Below are positions 21,844-31,760 of a stretch of DNA of 64,000 nucleotides, in pieces; the first letter of the stretch is position 1; each line of letters begins with the position of its first letter. The notes below the pieces were generated by a model. It was not told where the DNA came from. It did not search any database and worked only from the letters and a program-made list of their open reading frames with translations. The translations under genes were made by a program, and so were the position numbers. Origin of the DNA: Spirochaetaceae bacterium (GTDB taxonomy: Bacteria; Spirochaetota; Spirochaetia; DSM-2461); assembly GCA_051531975.1 (NCBI GenBank), contig JAOPTT010000004.1:64001-128000 (forward strand). Direction: 5' to 3'.

Positions 21844-22722
21844 TCATTCCTTCTGGTAGACTCTTTTATGTCTCTGATTCCAATGCCCCATAATCTCGGT
21901 TGTATTTGTGACACTTACAAATGCATTAATATCTACACTATAGATAAAGTCTTTAAGTTTCGCTAACCTTCTAGATGGAATAACTGTGTAAATAACAGGA
22001 ATTGGTTCTTTATAATATGAACCTTCTCCGTGTAAAAGAGTTGCTCCTCGATTTTGACTATGTAGAAAATCTGTAATTTGTTTATGTTCTGCTGAAATTA
22101 CCATTACTGAAAGTCTGTTTTCAAAACCAGCAATAACTTTGTCTATAACTCCTGAACCAATAAACATACCAATTAGTGAGTACATTCCTTTGTATGGAAC
22201 AAAAATAATAGAAGCACAACTTACAATTATAAAATTGAATAAAAAGAGTGTTGTTCCTAGGTTTATAGATTGTCTACGTTTTATAGCCGCACTTATAATA
22301 TCAGTACCACCAAAACTTGCTCTGTTTTTAAATAGAATTCCCATTCCTAAACCTGTAAACAATCCACCATAGATAGCTGCTAGAATCTCGTGTGGAACAT
22401 AAATAATTCCAGCTAAACTACTTGTTAATTCTATAAAAAATGAGAAGGATAACATTCCCACTAAACTAGAAATAATAAAATGTTTGTCCAAGTGCATATA
22501 ACCAATAATAAATATTGGGATATTTATCATTATAATTGATATTGAAGTATTTATACCAAATAGGTGATTTAAAATCTGGGCTATTCCACCAACACCACCA
22601 CTTAAAAAATCATTTGGAATTAGAAATAGATTAAAACCTAGGGCATATATTAACCCTCCTATAACTATACTTATCATCCTAAAAAGATAAACTTTGAAAT
22701 CGGGGACGTCCTCTAAAATCAT
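21844..22722 (-). CDS. YitT family membrane protein (DUF161/DUF2179)
   Basis: GG.GG, NIP, GGTDII, RGAT...GEGSY, D.NAF. Confidence 0.9.
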   Translation of the reverse strand: MILEDVPDFKVYLFRMISIVIGGLIYALGFNLFLIPNDFLSGGVGGIAQILNHLFGINTSISIIMINIPIFIIGYMHLDKHFIISSLVGMLSFSFFIELTSSLAGIIYVPHEILAAIYGGLFTGLGMGILFKNRASFGGTDIISAAIKRRQSINLGTTLFLFNFIIVSCASIIFVPYKGMYSLIGMFIGSGVIDKVIAGFENRLSVMVISAEHKQITDFLHSQNRGATLLHGEGSYYKEPIPVIYTVIPSRRLAKLKDFIYSVDINAFVSVTNTTEIMGHWNQRHKRVYQKE

Positions 22723-24308
22723 ATATTCAATAAATCCTCATGTATTTCATCAATTTGGTGGGGTTCGAGATATTCTTTTGCATATTTAAGGTATACTTTC
22801 TGTTTTACAAATATATCAAATAGGTCTGGATCGATATGATTTCTCTCTTTCATAGATACCATTATTGCCATAGCCTCACTAAGAGTTTTACCTCTCTTAT
22901 ATGGTCTGTCATATGCTGTTAAGGCTTCAAAAATATCTGCTATAGCCATCATTCTTGCTTGTACTGACATCTCATCCCTAGTTAAACCATTAGGGTAACC
23001 AGTTCCATCCATTTTTTCGTGGTGTCCACCGGCAATTTCAGGTACATTTTGTAGACTTTTAGGATAAGGTAGCTGATTTAGCATATCTATACTAACAACA
23101 ACATGGTCATTAATTATTTTTCTCTCATCTTCTGTTAATGTACCCCGAACTATACATAGGTTTTTAACTTCATTTTCTGTTAATAGGGGTTTTGATCGGC
23201 CATTAAATTTCCATTTTCTTTTACTTATATCATGGATGAGTTTTATTTTATCAGCGGACATGAATTCGCCGCCAATATTTGCAGTCTTAATAAACTTTAA
23301 CTCTTTTTTAAGTGCTCTTAATGTTTTTTTGTAAACCTTTTCTGCTAAAAGACTTTGGTCGGATTTTAAATAAATAATCTCCGCATCTCTTTTTATTATT
23401 TCATATCTAGTTTCAATCTCTGCAATACGATCGTATATTGTTTCAAGTTTTGTTGCTTTATCAACAACATATTCAGGAACTGTTACTTTCCCAGCATCAT
23501 GAAGCCACGATGCGATATATAGTTCGTAAAGTTCCTCACTATCTAAATTTACATCATGATAAATTCCATCTTTGGTTCTGTTTACTGCTTCAGCTATTGC
23601 CATTGTTATTACCGGTACTCTTTGGCAATGTCCCCCAGTATATGGGGACTTTTTATCAATTGCTCCAGCTATTACTTTAATAAATGATTCAAATAGAGTC
23701 CTTAAATCTTTGACAAGATTTCTATTTGTTATTGTTATTGCAGCTTGACTTGCCAAAGCAACTACAAGTTCTTCAACATGGGATGAAAATGAGATTATAC
23801 TATTATTATCGTGACTGTAGGCATTTAGAAGCTGGAGAACTCCAATTATTTCATCTTCATGGTTTCTAAGTGGAACAGTTAAAAACGATTTTGATCTATA
23901 ACCAGTAGTTTCATCAAATGCTTTAGTTCCACTAAAATCGAAACCCTCTGCTTCGTATGCATCTTGAATGTTTATAGTTTCACCAGTTATTGCAACGTAA
24001 GATGCTATATTGTGTTTATTAGGGTTACCAGCTTTATCTTTTAGTTGAACCCCAGGAAAAGTAACTTTTTTTTCCGATGTTCCACCCATGTGGATGCCTA
24101 AGGAATCGGTCATTACAATTTCAAAACTTAATAACGTATCACCCTTTTTCATGTATAAAGTTCCACCGTCTGCATTGGCAAGAACTTTTGCTTCAAGTAG
24201 GATCATCTCGAGAAGTTTTTCTCTATCCTTCTCTTTAGATAGAGCAATACTAATATCTGTTAGTGTTCTGATATTTAATTTTAATACTTCTATCTGATTT
24301 GCATCCAT
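22719..24308 (-). CDS. GAF + HD-GYP c-di-GMP phosphodiesterase
   Basis: GAF domain (TGYRSKSFLTVPL), YTGGHCQRV, WLHDAGK, HHEKMDGTGYP, DRPYK. Confidence 0.92.
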   Translation of the reverse strand: MDANQIEVLKLNIRTLTDISIALSKEKDREKLLEMILLEAKVLANADGGTLYMKKGDTLLSFEIVMTDSLGIHMGGTSEKKVTFPGVQLKDKAGNPNKHNIASYVAITGETINIQDAYEAEGFDFSGTKAFDETTGYRSKSFLTVPLRNHEDEIIGVLQLLNAYSHDNNSIISFSSHVEELVVALASQAAITITNRNLVKDLRTLFESFIKVIAGAIDKKSPYTGGHCQRVPVITMAIAEAVNRTKDGIYHDVNLDSEELYELYIASWLHDAGKVTVPEYVVDKATKLETIYDRIAEIETRYEIIKRDAEIIYLKSDQSLLAEKVYKKTLRALKKELKFIKTANIGGEFMSADKIKLIHDISKRKWKFNGRSKPLLTENEVKNLCIVRGTLTEDERKIINDHVVVSIDMLNQLPYPKSLQNVPEIAGGHHEKMDGTGYPNGLTRDEMSVQARMMAIADIFEALTAYDRPYKRGKTLSEAMAIMVSMKERNHIDPDLFDIFVKQKVYLKYAKEYLEPHQIDEIHEDLLNI

Positions 24309-24314
24309 ATTAAA

Positions 24315-24343
24315 ATCTTAGTCTCATAAATAGCGTTGGTCAA
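24315..24343 (-). promoter_or_regulatory. sigma70-type promoter, probable leaderless transcript (HD-GYP gene)
   Basis: TTGACC-N17-TAAGAT-N6-ATG, no SD. Confidence 0.6.
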
Positions 24344-24364
24344 TATCGTTTATTGTATAATTTG

Positions 24365-24393
24365 TTGTCATTATGTCTAATACTGTTTATATT
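24365..24393 (+). promoter_or_regulatory. sigma70-type promoter, probable leaderless transcript (ABC exporter)
   Basis: TTGTCA-N17-TATATT-N6-ATG, no SD. Confidence 0.6.
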
Positions 24394-24399
24394 TTAAAT

Positions 24400-26142
24400 A
24401 TGAGTCTATTTATCCATATAAAAAGTTTTTTAAAGAAGAATATGTTAAAATACATAATTGGTATAATTCTTTTAGTCATTGTTGATGCACTTCAACTTTT
24501 AACACCGCTAATAACTGGAAGATTTGTTGATGTTGTTGGTTCAGGAGAGCTAACTCCAAAACTTATTATTTTTTATATGTCAGCTGTAATTCTTGTAACT
24601 TTAGGGGTAGCTTTAGGCCGATTTGGATGGCGTATGACCATTATAGGCATAGCTAAAAACCTGGAATATAAGATCCGAGATATGGTCTTTAATAAGCTAA
24701 CAACCTTGAATCAGGTCTATTTTAATAATAACAAAACTGGGGATATTATGGCTAGGTGTACCAATGATATTAGTACTGTAAGACAGGCCTTTGGACAGGG
24801 AACAATTCTTGTTATAGATTCCCTATTTATGGCAATTATGGCAATAGTTTTAATGATAACGAGGGTAAATTTAAAATTGACGTTAATAGCATTAATTCCG
24901 CTACCTATTGTTGCTATAGTTATTCTACTAATTACAAAAGCTATTGGTCATCGGTTTAAAAAAGTTCAGGAAGCATTTTCTATTATTAGCGATAGGGCAC
25001 AGGAGTCATTTTCCGGTATTAGGATTATTAAATCCTTTGTACAGGAGAAAGTTAATCTGCATTATTTTAACGAATCAAATAAAAATAATATGGATACAAC
25101 TCTAAATTTAGTAAAAATACAGGGGATTATACATCCTTTTGTTGCTACTGTTGGGTCTGTCTCCCTATTGATATCTATATCATATGGTGGAAGCCTTGTT
25201 ATTGATGGAGTAATATCTTTAGGACAATTGGTAAGTTTTATCTCTTTAATAGGTATGATGACTTGGCCTATGATGGCCATGGGGTTTGTATTTACTTTAA
25301 TGCAACGTGGGAAAGTATCTTTAACCCGAGTAAATGAGATCTTAAACGCTACTGACCAGATAGACGTGGTTCCTACTGGGGAAGTATTAAAAGATTCTTC
25401 TGTAGAAGTTAATAACCTTACATTCAGATATCCTGGATCAAATGTTAATGCCTTAGAAAATATATCTTTTTATATAGAGCCAGGGCAGTCTTTAGCTATA
25501 GTTGGGCATACTGGGGCTGGAAAATCTACACTAGTGGAACTGTTACTAAAAACATATAAAATCTCGAATGGAGAGATAAAAATTGGACAAATGGATATCA
25601 ATTCTCTCTCTTTAGAAAAACTGAGATCAAATGTTGGTTACGTGCCCCAAAATAACTTTCTGTTTTCTAAGACAATTAATCAAAATATCGCATTTCATAC
25701 AGATGACATTAACAATAACCGAGTAGAAAAAATGGCAAAAATAGCTATGGTGCATAATGAAATTGACTCTTTAGATAAAAAGTTTTTAACTGAGCTTGGA
25801 GAGAGGGGAGTCAATTTATCAGGGGGACAAAAACAGAGAATTTCTATTGCACGAGCTTTTTACAAATCCCCAGAGATAATTATCTTAGATGACTCTTTAT
25901 CAGCGGTTGATACAAAAACCGAGGACAGAATTTTACATCACATCCGTGAAGAGTTGAAAGATAAAACAGCTATTCTTATCTCTCACAGAGTCTCCACAGT
26001 TAAAGATGCAGATAAAATTATAGTACTAGAAGAGGGTAAAATTATAGAACAAGGAACCCATGAGAGTTTAATAGCATTCGATGGTTATTATAATGGACTT
26101 TATCAGAAACAGTTATTACAAGAAAAGATATTGGAAGAATAA
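24400..26142 (+). CDS. heterodimeric ABC exporter subunit 1 (MdlA/YheI-like)
   Basis: TMD+NBD; GHTGAGKS, LSGGQ, degenerate Walker B ILDD; start set to ATG 24400. Confidence 0.92.
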   Translation: MSLFIHIKSFLKKNMLKYIIGIILLVIVDALQLLTPLITGRFVDVVGSGELTPKLIIFYMSAVILVTLGVALGRFGWRMTIIGIAKNLEYKIRDMVFNKLTTLNQVYFNNNKTGDIMARCTNDISTVRQAFGQGTILVIDSLFMAIMAIVLMITRVNLKLTLIALIPLPIVAIVILLITKAIGHRFKKVQEAFSIISDRAQESFSGIRIIKSFVQEKVNLHYFNESNKNNMDTTLNLVKIQGIIHPFVATVGSVSLLISISYGGSLVIDGVISLGQLVSFISLIGMMTWPMMAMGFVFTLMQRGKVSLTRVNEILNATDQIDVVPTGEVLKDSSVEVNNLTFRYPGSNVNALENISFYIEPGQSLAIVGHTGAGKSTLVELLLKTYKISNGEIKIGQMDINSLSLEKLRSNVGYVPQNNFLFSKTINQNIAFHTDDINNNRVEKMAKIAMVHNEIDSLDKKFLTELGERGVNLSGGQKQRISIARAFYKSPEIIILDDSLSAVDTKTEDRILHHIREELKDKTAILISHRVSTVKDADKIIVLEEGKIIEQGTHESLIAFDGYYNGLYQKQLLQEKILEE

Positions 26143-27911
26143 TGGGAATAAAACAAGAAAAAAAGATAGAAAAATCTGCAGATATAAATATTATGAAAAG
26201 GCTCTATCCATATATAAAAAAAAGACTATTTATTTTTATTCTATGTCTACTTTTTATTGGTATAACAACAGCAATAGACCTTATAATTCCTTACTTAACA
26301 AAGATTGCAATTGACGATGCTATTGTGGGGTCAAATAAAATTTTATTAAAGAACATTTCATTAATCATGGTTGGGCTTTTTATCGTTAACTTTGTATGTA
26401 ATTTTTTAAATATTTATCTTCTTAATTTTGCATCCCAGAAAATTGTATATGACCTAAGAAGTGACTTATATAAACATATGTTAAATCTATCTTTAAGTTT
26501 TTTTGATAAAAACCCAGTAGGCCGATTAGTTACTAGAGTCTCTAGCGACATGGATAATATCTCGAAACTATTCACAGATGTATTAATAACTGTAATTAAA
26601 GATATATCCCTAATTGCTGGGGCAGTTATAGTTATGTTATCTCTAGACTTTAAATTAGGATTAATTGCTATGGCCACTCTACCATTTGTTATAGCCCTAT
26701 CAATTGTATTTAGATCCTTTGCTAGGAAAATTCAGAGGGATGTAAAAGTTAAACTAGCAAAAATTAATGCATACTTAGCGGAAAGTATTAATGGTATGAA
26801 GATTATTCAAATTTTTAGTCGTGAGAAACTTAGCCAAAAAGAATTTGACGAACAAAATTCAGACTTCTTAAAGTCATCCTTAGATGAAACAAGAGTTTAC
26901 GCTCTGTTTAGACCGGGGATTCATCTAATGTCCGGTGTTTCTTTAGGTTTAATTCTGTTATTTGGTGGTTATTCATCCTTAGATGGAGCTTTTGAAATTG
27001 GTATATTAGTGGCATTCTTTCAATATGTAAATCATCTTTTTAGACCTATTTCTAATCTTGCAGAGAAGTTTAATATTTTTCAGTCTTCTATGGCATCTTC
27101 AGAGAGAGTCTTTATGTTATTAGACGAAGTACAAGAGATTAAAAATAGACCATCTCCTCTAAGTTTTAATGATAAAAAAGGTAGTATTGAGTTAAAAGAT
27201 GTTGTGTTCTCTTATATCCCAGGAGATCCAGTATTAAAAGGAATTAATTTAGATATAAAACCAGGAGAAACAGTAGCATTAGTTGGTGCAACAGGATCAG
27301 GTAAAACTACAATAACCTCATTAATAGGACGATTATACGATATAGATTCTGGATCAATAAAAATTGATGGTATAGATATTCGTGATTTAGAAAAACATAT
27401 ACTACGAGAGAGAATCGCTATAGTTTTACAGGATGTCTTTCTGTTTTCTGGAGACATAAAAGGGAATATAAATCTTAATAATGATAATATCGGTATAGAA
27501 CGCATTATACAGTCATCAAAATATGTTAATGCCCATAAATTTATTAGTAAATTACCCGAGACCTACAATCACCCTGTTAAAGAGAGGGGTTCTACATTTT
27601 CTGCTGGAGAAAAACAGCTAATATCATTTGCAAGAGCACTAGCATTTAATCCTGATATTTTAATATTAGATGAAGCCACTTCTAGTATCGATACAGAAAC
27701 TGAAACATTAATTCAGGATGCAATAGAGAAGCTAATAAAAGATCGTACAACTATCATTGTTGCCCATAGGCTTTCTACAATTAAACACGCTGATAAAATT
27801 GTTGTTCTTCATAAAGGTGAGATAAAAGAGGTCGGAAAACACGATGAACTTTTAAATAAAGGTGGCATGTACTACGATCTCTACAAGTTACAAGTTGAAG
27901 CCCATAATTAG
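26142..27911 (+). CDS. heterodimeric ABC exporter subunit 2 (MdlB/YheH-like)
   Basis: GATGSGKT, degenerate signature FSAGE, canonical ILDE; 1-nt overlap with partner. Confidence 0.92.
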   Translation: MGIKQEKKIEKSADINIMKRLYPYIKKRLFIFILCLLFIGITTAIDLIIPYLTKIAIDDAIVGSNKILLKNISLIMVGLFIVNFVCNFLNIYLLNFASQKIVYDLRSDLYKHMLNLSLSFFDKNPVGRLVTRVSSDMDNISKLFTDVLITVIKDISLIAGAVIVMLSLDFKLGLIAMATLPFVIALSIVFRSFARKIQRDVKVKLAKINAYLAESINGMKIIQIFSREKLSQKEFDEQNSDFLKSSLDETRVYALFRPGIHLMSGVSLGLILLFGGYSSLDGAFEIGILVAFFQYVNHLFRPISNLAEKFNIFQSSMASSERVFMLLDEVQEIKNRPSPLSFNDKKGSIELKDVVFSYIPGDPVLKGINLDIKPGETVALVGATGSGKTTITSLIGRLYDIDSGSIKIDGIDIRDLEKHILRERIAIVLQDVFLFSGDIKGNINLNNDNIGIERIIQSSKYVNAHKFISKLPETYNHPVKERGSTFSAGEKQLISFARALAFNPDILILDEATSSIDTETETLIQDAIEKLIKDRTTIIVAHRLSTIKHADKIVVLHKGEIKEVGKHDELLNKGGMYYDLYKLQVEAHN

Positions 27912-27924
27912 AGTATGATTTTGA

Positions 27925-27953
27925 TTGTATTCTATAAAAAATAACGTTAGAAT
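27925..27953 (+). promoter_or_regulatory. sigma70-type promoter, probable leaderless transcript (hybrid kinase operon)
   Basis: TTGTAT-N17-TAGAAT-N6-ATG, no SD. Confidence 0.58.
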
Positions 27954-27959
27954 TAGCCT

Positions 27960-30900
27960 ATGATAAAAAACAAAATTAGAACTCAATTTTTGATACTATT
28001 TTTAGTTATAGGTATAATACCTTTAATTATAATAGGGTCACTATTCTTTTTTCAAACTTCTGAAATAATCAAAAAAAACTCTTTTGAGCACATATTATCA
28101 ATCCATAAACTGAGATCTAATAGATTAGAAGAGGATATAAATCATCATTTTTCAGAGTTTGAAACATTGCTTTCTAGTCAGGGTCTAAATAGTTTAATTT
28201 CTTCTTTAGAAGATGAAAATATTAAAACCAAAACATTTGAGCAATATGTTGCATCTTTTTTATCAACAAATCATTTTTATAATCTATATATACTTTCAAC
28301 TAATGATGAACTTATTTCATATAGTTTTAGAAATGAACAAGGTTTATATAATGATACAGGTTTGTCTAGGGTAAAGGTAAAAGCTCTTAATTCTAACGAG
28401 ATTGTCTTTGAAGATTTTTCTAAGTTCTCACCATCTATGAATAAACAATCTGCCTTTATTGCCAAAACATATAAGAAAAGGGTAATAGTATTGCAGTTTA
28501 CCGAAGATTTTATAGATAGCATTTTGAATTCTCGAGATGGCATGGGGGATACTGGTGAGTCATATATTGTTGCCCATAATCCATTAACAGAAGATTTTCA
28601 TTTAAGAAGTAATTTAAAAACCATGGGAGATGGCTTATATAGAGTTGGTTATCTGTGGCCAAATAATCCATTAAAATACTGGGAAGATGCAATAGAACTA
28701 GGATTTAAGGTTAATTCTGGAATATATATAGATAGTGCAGGAAGTAAGGTTTTAGTAGAGTTTAATAAACTAAATGTGGCTTTCCCTAATTGGTATCTTT
28801 TTTCTAAAATAGACCATAAAGAAGTAATTGAAGATCTTACAAATATACTATTTAATGTTGTAATTGTTTGTATTGGCATACTTCTACTTATTGCGGTTTT
28901 ATCCCTCTATTTTTCAAAAAAATTAACAGAACCTATAATTGCAGGTGTTGATTTTGCAAAAAATATTACAGATGGAAACTTTGATACACATTTAGATATA
29001 CATCGAAATGATGAACTAGGTTTATTAGCAAAATCTTTAAAAAATATGGGGAAGAGTTTAAGAGAGCAGGCCTGGCTTAGGCAAGGTCGAGAAGATTTAG
29101 ATAATATTGTAAGAGGGGAGCACGATGTTAAAGAGCTTGGAACTCTATTTATCTCTTTTATGGCAAAGTATCTAGACGCTCAAGTTGGAGCTCTTTATAT
29201 ATTAGAAGATGATGGTTTTTTACATTTATCATCATCCTATGCTTTTACTGATCGAGAAGGAGTATTTGATAAGTTTGCATTAGGTGAAGGAATAGTTGGC
29301 CAATGTGCATTAGAAAAACATGAGTTAGTTTTTACTGATGTCCCACAAGACTCTCCAGAATTTAACTATGCTTTAGCATCTATTATTCCTACATGTTACA
29401 TAACTACACCATTAATTTTTGAAGATGAGTTAATTGGAGTTTTTCTAATTGGTATTACTGTTCCTGTTACAACGCTTAAGAAGAAGTTTATTACTAATAT
29501 TAAAAATAATATTTCCATTTTAATTAATAGTGCCAGATCTACTACTATAATTCAGAATTTATTAGAAGATACTCAACATAAACAAGAAGAACTTAGAGCG
29601 AGTAATGAAGAATTAGAGAATCAAACCGAAGCTCTAAAAGATTCAGAAAAGGATATGCAGGCTCAACAAGAAGAACTCAGAGTTACAAACGAAGAGTTAG
29701 AAGAAAGGACAGACGCTCTTGAAAAACAACGTCTAATAATGAAAGAACAAAATAGAGCACTTGAAGAGTCCCAAGAAGACTTAGTTGAAAAAGCAACAGA
29801 TCTAGAAAAAGCTAGTCAATATAAATCAGAATTTTTAGCCAATATGTCCCATGAACTTAGGACACCGTTAAACAGTATATTAATACTGTCCCAGCTTATT
29901 AGTAATAATAAAAAAGGAAACCTAGATGAGAAGCAGATAAAATCTGCAAAGGCTATTAATTCTTCAGGTGAGGATCTATTAAAACTGATTAATGAAGTTT
30001 TGGATCTTAGTAAGGTTGAAGCAGGAAAGATAGATATCAATCCAGAAGTTATGACCATAGACTCTTTAATTGAGGATATGGAGAGGATATATAGACCATC
30101 AGCTGATCAGAAAAAAATTGATTTAAAATTTAGTAAGGATAAAAAACTTCCAGGAAGTATTGTTACAGACTCCCACAGATTACAGCAAGTTATTAAAAAC
30201 CTAATGACTAATGCACTAAAATTTACTAATAAGAAAGGAACTGTATCTTTAAATATTACTCTAGAAGGTGAAAATGTAGAATTTTCTGTGAAAGACTCTG
30301 GTATTGGAATACCCTTAGATAAGCAGGACGCTGTATTTGAAGCATTCCAGCAGGCTGATGGAAGTACTAGCCGTAAATATGGAGGTACTGGGTTAGGTTT
30401 ATCCATATCTAGAGATCTTATTAAGCTTCTTGGTGGGAGCATTAGATTAGAAAGCGAAATTGGCAAAGGTAGTACCTTTATTGTTACTTTACCTCTACAA
30501 GAAAGTGTATCCTTACTAGTAGAAGAGAGTATTACTCCACCTTTAGTTACAGCACAGATAATTGTAAAAGATGATCGTGAGAGAGTGACTAAAGAGACAA
30601 AAACTTTATTAATAATTGAAGATGATGTTACTTTTGCAGCAATTTTAAAGGAACAAGCACATGATAGAGGATTCAAAGTTCTTGTTGCAGAGGATGGAGA
30701 AACTGGTCTACATTTTGCAGATTATTATAGGCCATGTGCAATAATATTAGATATAGGGTTACCAAGTATTGATGGGTGGAATGTTATGGAAAGACTAAAA
30801 AGTGATTCAGAATTGCGTCATATTCCTGTGCATTTTATGTCTGGAGAAGACAAAGAGCTCTCTGCTATGCAGATGGGAGCTTTAGGTTATATGAAAAAAC

Positions 30901-31760
30901 CAGTTTCTAAAGAGGACATGGACCTGGCTTTTGAAAGAATAGAAAACAGTATTTCAGAAAGAATTCATAAAATTTTAATTGTAGAAGATGACCGGCTTCA
31001 ACGAGAAAGCTTAACTGAATTGATTAGTGGGCGAGATGTTAGTATTACTGATGTAGAAACAGGGCAAGAAGCATACGATTCTATGAAGAAACACTATTAT
31101 AATTGTGTGATTTTAGATCTTGGTTTAGGGGATATGTCTGGATATGATCTATTAGATAAAATTAAAAATGATGAACAGATTTCTAAAACCCCTGTTATTA
31201 TTTATACTGGTCGAGATCTTTCATCAGAGCAAGAGTTACAACTTAAGAAATATGCAGATAGTATTATAATTAAAGGAGTTAAATCTCCAGAGAGATTATT
31301 AGAAGAGATAGCTCTTTTTCTGCATAGAGTAGATTCTAATTTACCCCAGGAACAGCAAAAAGTATTTAAAAATCATCGAGAGGAAATTCTTACTGGTAAA
31401 AAGATATTAATTGTTGATGATGATATGCGTAATATTTTCGCATTATCAAACATTTTAGAAGAAAAAGATATTAATATTATTGTTGCTAGAGATGGGCTCG
31501 AAAGTATTGAAAAAGTAAAAGAGAACCCAGATATCGATTTAGTATTAATGGATATAATGATGCCTAAAATGGATGGTTATGAAGCGATGTTAGAGATAAG
31601 AAAGCTTAAAAAAAGTGAGAACCTGCCTATAATTGCATTAACAGCGAACGCCATGAAAGGTGATCGTATAAAGTGTATTGACGCTGGAGCAAATGACTAT
31701 CTTGCAAAACCAGTTGATAACGATAAACTAATTTCTATGTTACGGGTCTGGTTATATTAA
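27960..31760 (+). CDS. hybrid sensor histidine kinase (periplasmic Cache-like, HAMP, GAF, coiled coil, HisKA/HATPase, three REC)
   Basis: Two TM helices, DELG HAMP, FLANMSHELRTPLN, N/G1/F/G2 boxes, three receiver domains each with Asp. Confidence 0.95.
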   Translation: MIKNKIRTQFLILFLVIGIIPLIIIGSLFFFQTSEIIKKNSFEHILSIHKLRSNRLEEDINHHFSEFETLLSSQGLNSLISSLEDENIKTKTFEQYVASFLSTNHFYNLYILSTNDELISYSFRNEQGLYNDTGLSRVKVKALNSNEIVFEDFSKFSPSMNKQSAFIAKTYKKRVIVLQFTEDFIDSILNSRDGMGDTGESYIVAHNPLTEDFHLRSNLKTMGDGLYRVGYLWPNNPLKYWEDAIELGFKVNSGIYIDSAGSKVLVEFNKLNVAFPNWYLFSKIDHKEVIEDLTNILFNVVIVCIGILLLIAVLSLYFSKKLTEPIIAGVDFAKNITDGNFDTHLDIHRNDELGLLAKSLKNMGKSLREQAWLRQGREDLDNIVRGEHDVKELGTLFISFMAKYLDAQVGALYILEDDGFLHLSSSYAFTDREGVFDKFALGEGIVGQCALEKHELVFTDVPQDSPEFNYALASIIPTCYITTPLIFEDELIGVFLIGITVPVTTLKKKFITNIKNNISILINSARSTTIIQNLLEDTQHKQEELRASNEELENQTEALKDSEKDMQAQQEELRVTNEELEERTDALEKQRLIMKEQNRALEESQEDLVEKATDLEKASQYKSEFLANMSHELRTPLNSILILSQLISNNKKGNLDEKQIKSAKAINSSGEDLLKLINEVLDLSKVEAGKIDINPEVMTIDSLIEDMERIYRPSADQKKIDLKFSKDKKLPGSIVTDSHRLQQVIKNLMTNALKFTNKKGTVSLNITLEGENVEFSVKDSGIGIPLDKQDAVFEAFQQADGSTSRKYGGTGLGLSISRDLIKLLGGSIRLESEIGKGSTFIVTLPLQESVSLLVEESITPPLVTAQIIVKDDRERVTKETKTLLIIEDDVTFAAILKEQAHDRGFKVLVAEDGETGLHFADYYRPCAIILDIGLPSIDGWNVMERLKSDSELRHIPVHFMSGEDKELSAMQMGALGYMKKPVSKEDMDLAFERIENSISERIHKILIVEDDRLQRESLTELISGRDVSITDVETGQEAYDSMKKHYYNCVILDLGLGDMSGYDLLDKIKNDEQISKTPVIIYTGRDLSSEQELQLKKYADSIIIKGVKSPERLLEEIALFLHRVDSNLPQEQQKVFKNHREEILTGKKILIVDDDMRNIFALSNILEEKDINIIVARDGLESIEKVKENPDIDLVLMDIMMPKMDGYEAMLEIRKLKKSENLPIIALTANAMKGDRIKCIDAGANDYLAKPVDNDKLISMLRVWLY

